Source: Spirochaetia bacterium
GTDB lineage: Bacteria > Spirochaetota > Spirochaetia > DSM-16054 > Sediminispirochaetaceae
DNA: 64,000 nucleotides
Reading direction: 5' to 3'
Assembly: GCA_034520965.1 (NCBI GenBank)
Contig: JAXHMY010000002.1
Span: 384,001 to 448,000, forward strand
The notes below the pieces were generated by a model. That model did not search any database and was not told the DNA's origin. It was given only the letters and a program-made list of their open reading frames with translations. Numbering within the stretch: position 1 is the first letter of the stretch; each line of letters begins with the position of its first letter. Below, in pieces: positions 20,421 to 30,827 of this stretch. Made by a program: the position numbers and the translations under genes.

Positions 20421-21355
20421 GCCAAACTGTTAGAGATTCGTTTGAGGACCCAAATATATCCGGAAAAATACTTGTACTTTCATTTAATAGAAGCTTGGAG
20501 AAGAAGGCTCAAAAGGAGTTATCTAAGATAGTACTAAACGACGTGGATAGAACCGGACGACAGAGTCTATCAGATATAAAAACTCAAAGACGCAGGGCCC
20601 GTCCAGCGGTGATAGTAAAAACAATCCATGCCCTTGCGTTTTTCCTACTCAAGAAAAGCAAGTAGTTGCCGCAGTGGACATACGAAATCAATGAAATTGA
20701 TATAGAAGCAGGACAGGACGCTAATCAGATACACACCATCGAGTACCCCTTACGACATCATCTGAAGACAAAACTCAGGATAACACCCGAGAGGACTACT
20801 ATGAATAGTTCTATACCCTCCACCAGACCTCTGACGAGACTTTCATCGTTCAGTAAGAGGGGAACACCACACTCCTCTCCTTCACGGTGAGTAAAAAGAT
20901 CATAAGACCAAGTAGGTAGTATCATATATACATTCTATAGAATCTCCACATTACCCACTTCATTAGCTACCTCTTATTACCAGTCAGCAAACGACATTTT
21001 TGCGATCGCAGTTCCATGCCCTATAGGAACCCCTGTACTGGCATATTGACCATCCTCTATCACCATCTCAGGATAAAATTCCCTTTACCATGCACCTCTT
21101 AAAACCGCCTTTTTCCCTCTTTTCTTACTTCCCATAATACTGAGAGAACGTATCAATGCCGCTCACTGTAGTCTTCCTCAGTCAGGATTCCCACATACTA
21201 CTTCACCCATCTTCTAAGACTCACATGGCCGCCCGCGATGCCATCAGGGAGATTCTTAAATTTTCCGAGAAACAATAGTTAAACTAATTTTAATTATTAT
21301 GAAGAGGTAACTCTCCGGTTCCTGGTGGGTTGAATTCTGGCTAAATCTCCATATT

Positions 21356-21384
21356 TTGACTAAAACCTCCTACCATTCCATACT
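21356..21384 (+). promoter_or_regulatory. Sigma70 promoter of the 95-aa orphan gene
   Basis: TTGACT-17 bp-CATACT, followed by a GGGGGT RBS and ATG 21406. Confidence 0.6.
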
Positions 21385-21405
21385 AAATTCACGGGGGTAA
21401 ACTTT

Positions 21406-21693
21406 ATGTGCAATACACTGCATTTTGAGAAATACAGACAAAATGAGAAGAACTATACTATATATCTTGAAACATTAGATGAACTTCTCACGGATACAAT
21501 AGAGGACCTTTCTGTTATCGCCATTAACCTTGCCACGAATGGAGTCTGGAAAAAGTGGAACAACTATATTGACGATTATACCTCATTCGAGTTTACGGAC
21601 GATATGCTTAACAATACCGGAGATAGCATCGTGAGCCGAGTGATGAAACTAAAGGGTGATATGGAGGATCTTCAAAAGTATATTAAAACATAA
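21406..21693 (+). CDS. Hypothetical acidic protein (95 aa)
   Basis: Intact ORF with promoter and RBS; no motif recognised. Confidence 0.6.
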   Translation: MCNTLHFEKYRQNEKNYTIYLETLDELLTDTIEDLSVIAINLATNGVWKKWNNYIDDYTSFEFTDDMLNNTGDSIVSRVMKLKGDMEDLQKYIKT

Positions 21694-21868
21694 ATCGTTT
21701 GAAGTACTTTCAGAGATGAACATATAAAATGAGTTCCTGTACTGAAAGGAAGCCTCTTTCCTTAGCCATATCCTGGAAGTTTTCAGATTCTTCCGGCTAA
21801 GATTCATAAACTCTCTTGTTTTTAGTTCTGTTGTCCGTGTTGTGAAAGTTTTTCATCCACTGATATTT

Positions 21869-23140
21869 CTATCGGATTGTAGTGGACTCACACTGTACAG
21901 TTATCAACCCCGGATTATGGGACTCTTCCCCTATAGATATGTATCTGGAATTTTCCGCCTTTGATATGAAATCGGGCCAACGTGTTTTCATATAGCAGGC
22001 GCCATCAATACAAGAATATAGAAGTTTCATCCTCACCTTTACCGAACCCGATGTTGACGTCTTTTTATGATCTTCCATTTCTACCACTGCAGTATGGCGA
22101 GGTTTGAATAGTTCTTTTTCTGTGAAAAGCTGTTCCAATAACTCTTGTTTTTCTTCTTGATCGGGAAGTAAAACTCTATAATCTTTATACTGATCAGCCA
22201 TTTGCAGCGGACTCTCAGAGGCATTTTTCGCATCGCACACAATACAGGTTATTTTCCCATTTCGGTACCTTTCCCGCAGGGGCTTCGAATACATATACCC
22301 GTTTTTTCTTCCACTCGATTCTTTCGATAGCCCAAGCTTTTCCGGAAAGATAAAAGCTCGCCTCTTTTCAAGAAGTTTTTCAAGGAAATCCCACTGGACA
22401 GCCCCTATGACTTCACCGGAGAGCCGCATCACCTCGAACTCTAGAGGTGAACTGAAGACCGAATAAATTTCCATGAAGTTTCGTCGACCAAAGACTTTCT
22501 CTGCTTCAAGCCCCATCGAAAAAGCCTCTCTGCTGTCATCATGTAGAAACTCTTTTTCCAGAAGAAATTCGATGAATCTATTAAACTCTTCCCTATGTAT
22601 TGCAGAAAAACAGTACGATGTATGCAAAAGATTCCACACAAGTTGTCTGTTTACGGCCCCTCTTTCAAGGCATAATGCCATTATTTGATGAAGGAGGAGG
22701 TGCCAGGTCCACTGCGAAAGAGGTACATTCTCGACCCACCCCTCACGAGAAAGCTCTACAATGGCTATTGCCTGGAGAAGTTTTTGTTCTTTTTGCACAA
22801 AGAAGGTCGTATTTACAACCGTCCCTTCCCTCCTTCCGGTTCTCCAAAGACGCTGCATAAATGAGGAGACTGTGATAGGAGCATCTACCTGCAACACCTT
22901 ATCAAGATCTCCGATGTCTATTCCCAGTTCCATCGTTGATGTGCTCACGATGCATGCATGACGACTATTCTTGAACTCAGCCTCGGAAAGCTCACGTTCT
23001 TCGCAGCTCAAGGAGGAGTGATGGGCATGGATATTGTCTTCCTGATTGTTCAGCAGAGCGCAAGTGGGAAACACATATAATATGCCAAGTTCCTGCTCTT
23101 GATTCACAAGACAGCCAGACAAGGAGTCGCTTTTCCTCAC
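21869..23140 (-). pseudogene. Truncated Lhr-like (BrxHI-like) SF2 helicase fragment joined to an unrelated tail
   Basis: HHSSLS, STSTMELGIDIGDLD and QRLWRTGRR (motif VI with G to W). Walker A and DExH are missing; sequence after about 22270 appears unrelated. Confidence 0.75.
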
Positions 23141-23237
23141 TCTTCCTTGGGTTTTCTTAAGTTACTGCACTATAACATATTACTCGCAGGTTGTCACTTT
23201 GAGTTTCTCTGGTTTTCCTGGAGTTTCACGGATTTTA

Positions 23238-23259
23238 GCTTACAATTTTGCTTACAATT
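23238..23259. repeat. Tandem 10-bp direct repeat resembling integrase arm-type sites
   Basis: GCTTACAATT-TT-GCTTACAATT. Confidence 0.45.
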
Positions 23260-23418
23260 GATTAGGATGTAATTTGCCTGTATTCACATTGGTAAGGGAT
23301 AAAATGAATGATGAGTACCCCTCGTTACCATATAAACAAATCACTGTCATCACCGGTAGCAATTCAACAATAGTGTTTGTTTACTCAATCCTTTATTGGC
23401 TGCAATACCACTCGTTGC

Positions 23419-24360
23419 TTAATGCATCCGTCTATAAGTCTTGCCTTTGATGACCTTTTTTACTTGCACCTCATTAAGTGCCCCCACTTCTTTCACAATC
23501 TCTGAGGTTGGCCGCCCCATTTTACCCATTTCCCGAATCTTTCTGACTTGTTCTTGTGATAAGGTTTTTGGCCGTGCTTCAATCACTTTGAGATAGAAAT
23601 CGTCATCCTTCCACAGTTCAGCAATAAATGGATTAGGGATACCTTTTCGAGGGTTTTTTCTAATATAATCCAAGATCGCTTTTTCTCTTTCTTTTAAAGT
23701 GATGTTTACGCGATCAGTAATTCGATGCTCATGAAGGAATCTAAGCCCTTTTCTTCCGCCAGGTATCATATTTAGACGATTTGGCCCAATTTTATCGACA
23801 ATGCTTTCTTCCCAGTCTAATGCCTCATCCTCCGTCATGTTAATTTCAATTAGTTCTGAGATAAAATGTACATCTTCCACTCCCATTGTTTCTCGCCATG
23901 CTCGATAAAATCTCAACATACTACCTCGACCCATGTTTCCCATGTGTTCCTGGAAACGAATAAGCCAGTTTCGGCTGGTAATTCCAACGTATGAATACAC
24001 ATTTGAGCGGGAACGTTCCATTTGCTGTATGTCGTAGAAACTTCTCATTTGACTCATATTTTGTGCAATCGAATGACTATAGCCTTGGTACCCCCTATTT
24101 GCATCTCCCCAGCCTTTAAGCAAATATTGCAATGGTATAACGGTTTTCCAGGTAACTATTTTTCCGAGGAAAATAACTTGAAAGTTAGCATGTCCGAGAA
24201 ACGGTCTTTTTAGTGGTTGGATGTCGATGACGGAAGTTTCAGGATTATAGAATAAAGCAATTTCGATGGGTGATTCACACAATCGTTGAGAGGCACGCTT
24301 CCGGTTTATAGTTTGCATATTTTGCCGAATTACGTGCGTCGACTGAGCCGCATAATGCAC
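23419..24360 (-). CDS. GIY-YIG-like nuclease with C-terminal HTH (start uncertain)
   Basis: YQGY...YSYVGITSRNWLIRFQEH...EALDWEESIV...LNMIPGG. C-terminal LSQEQVRKIRE...SEIVKEVG...VIKGKTY resembles homing-endonuclease DNA-binding motifs. Confidence 0.6.
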   Translation of the reverse strand: MHYAAQSTHVIRQNMQTINRKRASQRLCESPIEIALFYNPETSVIDIQPLKRPFLGHANFQVIFLGKIVTWKTVIPLQYLLKGWGDANRGYQGYSHSIAQNMSQMRSFYDIQQMERSRSNVYSYVGITSRNWLIRFQEHMGNMGRGSMLRFYRAWRETMGVEDVHFISELIEINMTEDEALDWEESIVDKIGPNRLNMIPGGRKGLRFLHEHRITDRVNITLKEREKAILDYIRKNPRKGIPNPFIAELWKDDDFYLKVIEARPKTLSQEQVRKIREMGKMGRPTSEIVKEVGALNEVQVKKVIKGKTYRRMH

Positions 24361-24606
24361 CCGATGTATCGTTGAATCGGCGTTTCAAGGTCTCATCGAG
24401 TACGAGCCAATGAAACTTTTTGTACTGGAGGTAAAAGAGTGCGGCAATTATTTGAATCAACAAATCTTAATTTCACTTTCGTAACCAAACACAGTATTGT
24501 ACCATTTTTTATCGCTCTTATCAGTTTTATGTGCAATGTAGATGATTTACTATCCGGAATAGTGGCCTCACCACTGTCCCTCTTGTACGGATAATTTGCG
24601 ATCCTA

Positions 24607-25746
24607 TTATGCTTTTCCTATCGAAATGAACTCCTCTAAAGTCATTCTCTGATGCTTAATAGCGAACCCAAGCAGTTCTTCAAATCTCTTCTGAGAATTG
24701 GGATCCGGGCTTACTAAAACAATGTGTGGTGGTTGGCAACGGACTTCACTCGATAATGTTGAAGCGAATAATGCTCTCATTGCCCCATCTGCTTCTGGTA
24801 GAGAATAACCGACAATCACCACTTTGCGTGCTTGACGCAGTTTTCGAGCAGAGAGTCGCCATACTGCCGCTAAACTGGCATTATCAATAGTTTTTGCAAA
24901 CGAAGGAAGAAGCACATGAACATTGTCTATCACGCGTCCAAGTACTGATTCGTTCCCATCATGAAGAGGCCAAGTGGAACCAGGAGTGATAGGTAGGTAC
25001 TGCAATAGACCATCGCTTTGTAGCCATATCTTTCCTTGATCGTTCATGCGCCAGCCGTATGATCCGTGGAGTTTAAGTACAGGTATCGATCGTATGGTTT
25101 CGAGCCACTTAATTGCCGATGGAAGGGGTATTGGATCAGTCATTCCTTGATGTAACAACTTGACTGGAAAACCATACCCATCACAAGGTGACCATTTTTG
25201 GGATCGCATCAAGATATGTTCAATACAAGTGTCCCAGTTCGTGGTAACTATGCAATCTGAAGGTTGAGCATCCACTATTAAATCGCATAGAGATGACAAA
25301 CGCTCCGGTTCATTCCAAAACTGGAAATGCTTCCATCCGAAAAAGTGATCTACCAATTCAAGGAGGTCCCGACGTACCATCTTCGCTGTACTTATTACTT
25401 CATCGCGGTCCGGTAATTCTGGTATTTTGGCAGGGTTGCTATATGCACCCAAATCCCTAATAGTGTTTATGGTTTCCTGCCAGTGCTGTCGCTCTTCGGT
25501 AGCTTCAACCTGAATCAGTAGGTCAATCATTGTGAATACTACCTCGATGTTCTCGCTCGACAGCATCCTGCCTAATGAGCTCTTATCGGATGGTTCTATG
25601 AATGCAGCTACTCGCTCCCAGCTTTCCTTAGTTCCAAGATCAACTCCAGATCGAACTTCTTCGGCGATATGCTTAAACAGTTCTCCTGCAAGTGGTAAAC
25701 CTGCTGATCTCGAGGCTCCTGCTCCGAGGAAGTACACAGTACTCAC
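24607..25746 (-). CDS. SIR2-like (SIR2_2) domain protein
   Basis: YFLGAGASRSAGLP, TTNWDTCIE, KLHGS, VGYSLPEAD. Likely GTG start at 25746 with AGGA RBS; the ORF is open to 25857. Confidence 0.88.
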   Translation of the reverse strand: MSTVYFLGAGASRSAGLPLAGELFKHIAEEVRSGVDLGTKESWERVAAFIEPSDKSSLGRMLSSENIEVVFTMIDLLIQVEATEERQHWQETINTIRDLGAYSNPAKIPELPDRDEVISTAKMVRRDLLELVDHFFGWKHFQFWNEPERLSSLCDLIVDAQPSDCIVTTNWDTCIEHILMRSQKWSPCDGYGFPVKLLHQGMTDPIPLPSAIKWLETIRSIPVLKLHGSYGWRMNDQGKIWLQSDGLLQYLPITPGSTWPLHDGNESVLGRVIDNVHVLLPSFAKTIDNASLAAVWRLSARKLRQARKVVIVGYSLPEADGAMRALFASTLSSEVRCQPPHIVLVSPDPNSQKRFEELLGFAIKHQRMTLEEFISIGKA

Positions 25747-25841
25747 GGAGTCCTGCCTACCAGTCGTGTTGCATGAGCCATGACCCTTAGTAGAATGATT
25801 GCTTGATTCGTCTCTTTCAACAGAACTAAACCTACTATCGC

Positions 25842-27587
25842 TTACCAAATAATCCATTTACTGCTCGCCCATTTCGCCAGTACTTCAGTACGTTCTTCAA
25901 TATCCTGCTTACTGAAGGAGTTGACGTGTTTGGCGTATTTATGAGCAAAATCTCGTGTTATTCTATATATTGATGAAGGGTACAGATTCTGATCGGTAAT
26001 TTTTGTATGTACAGGAGAGTTGTTGCATTTTGAGTTCTCGCTTTTGGTAAGTGGTAGGAGATTTCCGAATTGGTTTTTATAAACTATGAACTCATCTTCA
26101 TCACTAAAACCGTGGGTTGCTAATGAGAAATTAGGATGCTGAGCAATTATATGCTCTCGTGTAATCTGCTTGCGTGTAAAATTCCCAAGTACATCTATAC
26201 CATATTCTTCTCCACTTGTGTATTCATCAAGTTCAATTAGCATTAAAAAGACTGCTTGATTCTGATACATGTTTTGTCTTAGATTCTGTATGAAATATCC
26301 ATCTGGCATGAATCTCTTAATGAAATTACTTAACCCATTTGCTATATGATTGGCACTTGCAGATCTACTTCCATGAGAAAGATCTCCAATATCTCTGGCT
26401 GGATCTGTACCTCGAGTCTTATATACACGAACATCTGAAGCCATTATTCCATACAAAAAGTCAAAAGAAGTATTTGGCATTTTCTGTTCCAAAATCCCTC
26501 TTTGAAAAAGGCGTACGGTTAATGGATAAAGACGAGCGGATAAGCCAAGTTGAACAAAAGCCTTATAGTAGCGTGGATTGTGTGTGCATTGACGGAATTA
26601 ATTCATCAAACGATTTTGAGAATGTAGATACATCGTTAATATAATCTGCAATAAAATCTTTGAGCTTTTGTTTCCCCACTTCTGCAAAACCTTTTAGAGT
26701 TTTCTTGAGAAATCCTTCATAAACAGTTCGAGATGATGCATCGTAATCCATTCCATTAACAATACTTGGGTACTCGTAGGACAAATAGTGGTATCTGAGA
26801 AGATCATCTTCTGAAAATGTATCACGACTGATATTATTTATTCGAAACCCTTCGTCTAATACAAATTCTCGTAAGCGATCATAAGTGACAAATGCTACTC
26901 CAAATGCATCATTTATTTGGTCATCCAAACTTCCATTAAGAAATCTATTTGAATAGTATACAAGAAGGGATTTAGCCTTATCCATCATTGTTAGGGCAGT
27001 CCTCGGTCATTAACTGTCTGGAACATTCGGATTGCTTTACCAGTATCAGAAGCTTCGAAACTTATCATTTCCATTGATGCCAAAGTAGTAATTAGTTCTT
27101 TTATCTTATCCTCCCCATTATTGCGCAAGACCATCTCTGCATGTTCTCGTGCATACTTATAGGCGTCACCTAATTTCCTTTGGCCAGCAGTTTCCGGGGT
27201 TATTGGACTGCCTTTCAATAAAGCTATTGTAAAATCCTTGTTTCTCCCAAAAGAGAGTTTATAGCCATCGTGGTCCTCTACCAAGTTACTCTCAAATGTA
27301 ATTCTGAATCTATCATTATTCGGTAGAACTCCAAGCATTGCATGCGCAACGAGAGTTATTGTAGAGATACGCTGCTGTCCGTCTACGAGATCAAAGGTGT
27401 TAGTGCCTGTTTCCGCTAATACAACTGTACCAAGATAATGGCCAGAATTAGTATCGATAGCCTCTTCAATATCACTCAGAAGATCTTGAATTTGCTTTTT
27501 AGTCCAGGCGTAGTCACGTTGGTAGTGGGGTATAGTAAAACGCTTTCCGACGAAAAATTGTTGGACAGAAATTACATTGTTAGACAT
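25842..27587 (-). CDS. GmrSD-like DUF262 + DUF1524 (HNH) protein (frameshifted)
   Basis: DUF262 motifs IPHYQRDYAW, DGQQR, FQTVNDRG; HNH motifs REHIIAQ and FGNLLPLTKSENSKCNN. Three pieces. Confidence 0.88.
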
Positions 27588-30500
27588 TAAAATCTCCTTC
27601 TATTACCCGTCTAAAATTATCTTTCTGCGGAATTTCATCATTATCCACAAAGCCATTATGGTACGGAAAAAGCGGACTTCCCGGAGTCCACAGTTCTACG
27701 CTCTCCGCATTTTCATCGAAGAAACGGATATCGGTAGTAACCCGTATTGCAGGCATGCCGGGCAGTTGATAGGCGAAGTCTTTTCCACCAAGTGGCCGTA
27801 CTTCCGTTCCAGGGGCAAGAAGTTCCGTTCGTTTCAGAACTTTACTAAGATCGGAGCGAGTGTAGGGAGGAGCAGGGAGCTGTGAGATGTCGAACTCGTG
27901 GCTTGCCAATTCATCTAAATCGAATCCTGACTCTTCCACTTCGTCGGCCTCTTCTACGAGGGCATGTATTCTTTCCTCGGTGGTTGCCCCTCTCCTCAGG
28001 CCGAGTTAGTGCCAGTTGCTGGATGGTATCTCCTACTTTAGAGAGAATAGGCTGAAGACGGCCAACGAGTCTCTCGAAGTCGAGTATTCGCTCCTTGATT
28101 GCTTGGTATACGTCCGCTTCAACCGTATCTGCATAATGTAGATTGATAATTCTGATGGTTTCATGTTGCTGTCCTAAACGATCGATTCGGCCTATCCTTT
28201 GTTCAACTCGCATGGGATTCCAGGGCATATCATAGTTAATTAGCGAACCACAAAACTGGAAGTTCAGACCCTCGGCTGCAGCGTCGGTGCATAACATTAT
28301 TTCGGCTTTACCTTCTCTGAAGATTTTCTTTGCCTTGTCTCGATTTATCCAGAGTGCCAATACCCGTGGTTATCTCGAATCTCTCCACCACGGCCGGAGA
28401 AACAAAGGACCGAACGTCCGGGTTCCTCTTTGCAGCTACATCATGCAGCAGATCGAGTGAATCAGTGTGATCGGGTGAACACGATGGCCTGTTGATATCC
28501 GACTCTGAAAGAGATTGGCAGTGCGTCGAGCAGGTTTCGTTGAAACTCGTGTATCGGCTTCGATTTCCGAAGTGGCTGCAAGCAGGGTATGGATATCGGT
28601 ATGCTCCTCCTTCACTGCAGCAACGAGGTTCGCCTGTTCCTCAATATCGTCGGTGGTAATTGTCTCCCCTGATTCTTCAATAGAGAGACCTTCTTCCGGT
28701 ATACTCTCTCATTGAAAAATATTTGCAGTTGCTTCTCGGGTCGTTTCGAAGCTTTCTGAGGCGTTTGGAGAGTGTCTGACTGAGGGCGTAAAAACTAGAG
28801 GCGATCCTCTTTCGATATACGGTGAGAACAAAACCGGCGGCGGTCTTTTTATCTGGTTCAGCTGCATTGAAGGTGCTGGTAATATAATCTTCGAGTTGGT
28901 CATATACGCTTCGTTCTGATTCGGTCATATGAATAAACTCATCATGGACGCGACGCTGTGCAATGGGAGTCGATATCTTTCCCTGCTTGTAGTACATACG
29001 AAGTAACCTTCGTGTATGTCGGGAGATGAGAACGCTTACGGGAGAATACGCTTTGAGGACCTGAAGGGCTTTCTTGCGTTCTTCGGTGCTGAGATTCTGA
29101 ATCTTAAGACCGGTAGAATCTCTGAGGGCCTTCAACACCTTCCTTCGTTTTACTGAGGAAATTCCTTTAAAGATTCTGTCGATGTGTATCTCGTCAATGG
29201 GTTCGAAGTTTTCCTCGAGATTCCGAAACATCTTTGCAGCGAAGCTCAGTTCCTTGTTGGTGGGGTTTGTTGAAGTTACGATGTCGAAATAGCTAAGAAA
29301 ATTATCCTCACTCCATTCATCAGGGAGCCCTAATACTCGGAGGAGGTCATACACTTCGGTAGGATTGACCTGCATGGGGGTTGCGGTAAGAAAGACCATT
29401 GCTTCGGTCTTTTCTGGTAGCTTCGTGAGCAGGTGCAACATCTGATTGGGACGTCTGTCGGAACTGCCTACCATTCCCCTTCGCCGTGCATGATGAGCCT
29501 CATCAACGATAATCAGATCCCAGGGTTCTGCTTCTTGGATCTCTCCTATGCGGTCTCTTCGTCGCATGAGATGGCTCGATGTAATAACTATGTTCTCTTT
29601 ATGCCACTCATCCTTGGCGACTTTTTCGGTTGATTGACATTGAAGGGCGAGTGAAGGATACCATGTAAAAGCCTTTCCATCGTAAATCGGAACTAGCAGA
29701 TTGAGCTTCTCTCTCAGCTCAATCTGCCATTGAGATGTGACTGCCTTCGGTGCAAGAATGAGAACACGTGCTCCGGGTTTTGTGAGCCAGAGATGACGAA
29801 TAAGAATACCTGCCTGTATTGTCTTACCCAATCCGACCTCATCGGCGATAAGAAGTCGGGTAGGAGTGCGCCTGCGCATACGGTCGTAAGCACGTATCTG
29901 ATGAGGCCAGAGTGTAACCGCTGCCGTCTCCTCGGCAACTCTGTATCCATTCTCCTGAAACTGTGGAGATGCATGTATATAGTTCCACACAATCCGTTTT
30001 GGATTGGACGGAATATTCCAGCGGCTTGTTCTTTGCGGTTGTTCGGGAATCTTCTTGAAAGTCAACGTATTCCAAACGTCTAGGATACTTGCCCTCCTCT
30101 GGAAGATATCGAAGGAGTCTCTCTCTTAGTGCAGAGGGGATATCGATGGTGATAAGTTTATTAGCTTCTCCTCTCCATTTTTTTGCAAAGATACTCTCAT
30201 AATCATCGATGTACTCCTCATGTCCGGATCTCCAGCTGTAATGAACCGTAAAACTTTCGAAGTTGTAGGTCCACCCCTGAAAAGTCTCATTTACGCTCCC
30301 ATTAAAAGCGAGTCGATTTCCTTCCGAATCCTCTATTATGCCGGTCTTTTCATGGAAGATCGAATTGTCTCGCACGGGCATGCGGTCGCTCGTGCATGGT
30401 ATCGCAACACGAATTTCGAGATACCCACGTGCAACCATCCATGATAGTAATTCGAGAGCATCCAATTGAGTAGGATCGGTGACTTCTTCGAACTCGTTAC

Positions 30501-30783
30501 TTGTTTGAGTCGCGATTGCTTTAGAAAGTTCTTCGCCTCTCTGAACTGCATAAATCTCGTCCTGTTCCAGTGTGCAACCTACGATTAGGCGCATTCGTCC
30601 GTCGGAGATCACGAGGTGTTCTATTCCCTGAGAGGCGATGGTGAGGGCGCCGGCGGTAAAGTATCCGGTGGTTCGGTCATACCGGACGGCGCATTTGAGG
30701 GCAGGTGTGTAGAATCGGCTTCCAAGCGGACCATCGTCGGAATCATAAATCAGCTTCCAACTTTCTTCTGATAGACACGACAT
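27580..30783 (-). CDS. PLD-nuclease + SNF2 helicase (restriction-like system; frameshifted)
   Basis: N-terminal YDRTTGYF, FHEKTGII, FNGSVN (HxK nuclease). Helicase motifs LIADEVGLGKT, IVDEAHH, LTATPMQ, TDAAAEGLNFQ, NYDMPWNPMRVEQRIGRIDRLGQ. Confidence 0.9.
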
Positions 30784-30827
30784 GTAATTACTCGTCGGCA
30801 AAAACGCCAACTCCGCTCGCGGTCGGC

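Noticed and set aside
20325..20531. Functional reverse transcriptase (retron, DGR or group II intron)
   Set aside because: Only about 30 aa of maturase N-terminus; no RT core and no intron domain V seen.
19940..21240. Eroded coding remnants (for example TYASTWPHYYIV...YGYEGRFY...VYWTM near 19945..20115)
   Set aside because: Protein-like but broken by stops; I cannot assign a family without a search.
24607..25857. Thoeris, SIR2-HerA, DSR or SPARSA assignment
   Set aside because: No TIR, HerA or short Argonaute partner is adjacent, and the protein is too short for DSR.
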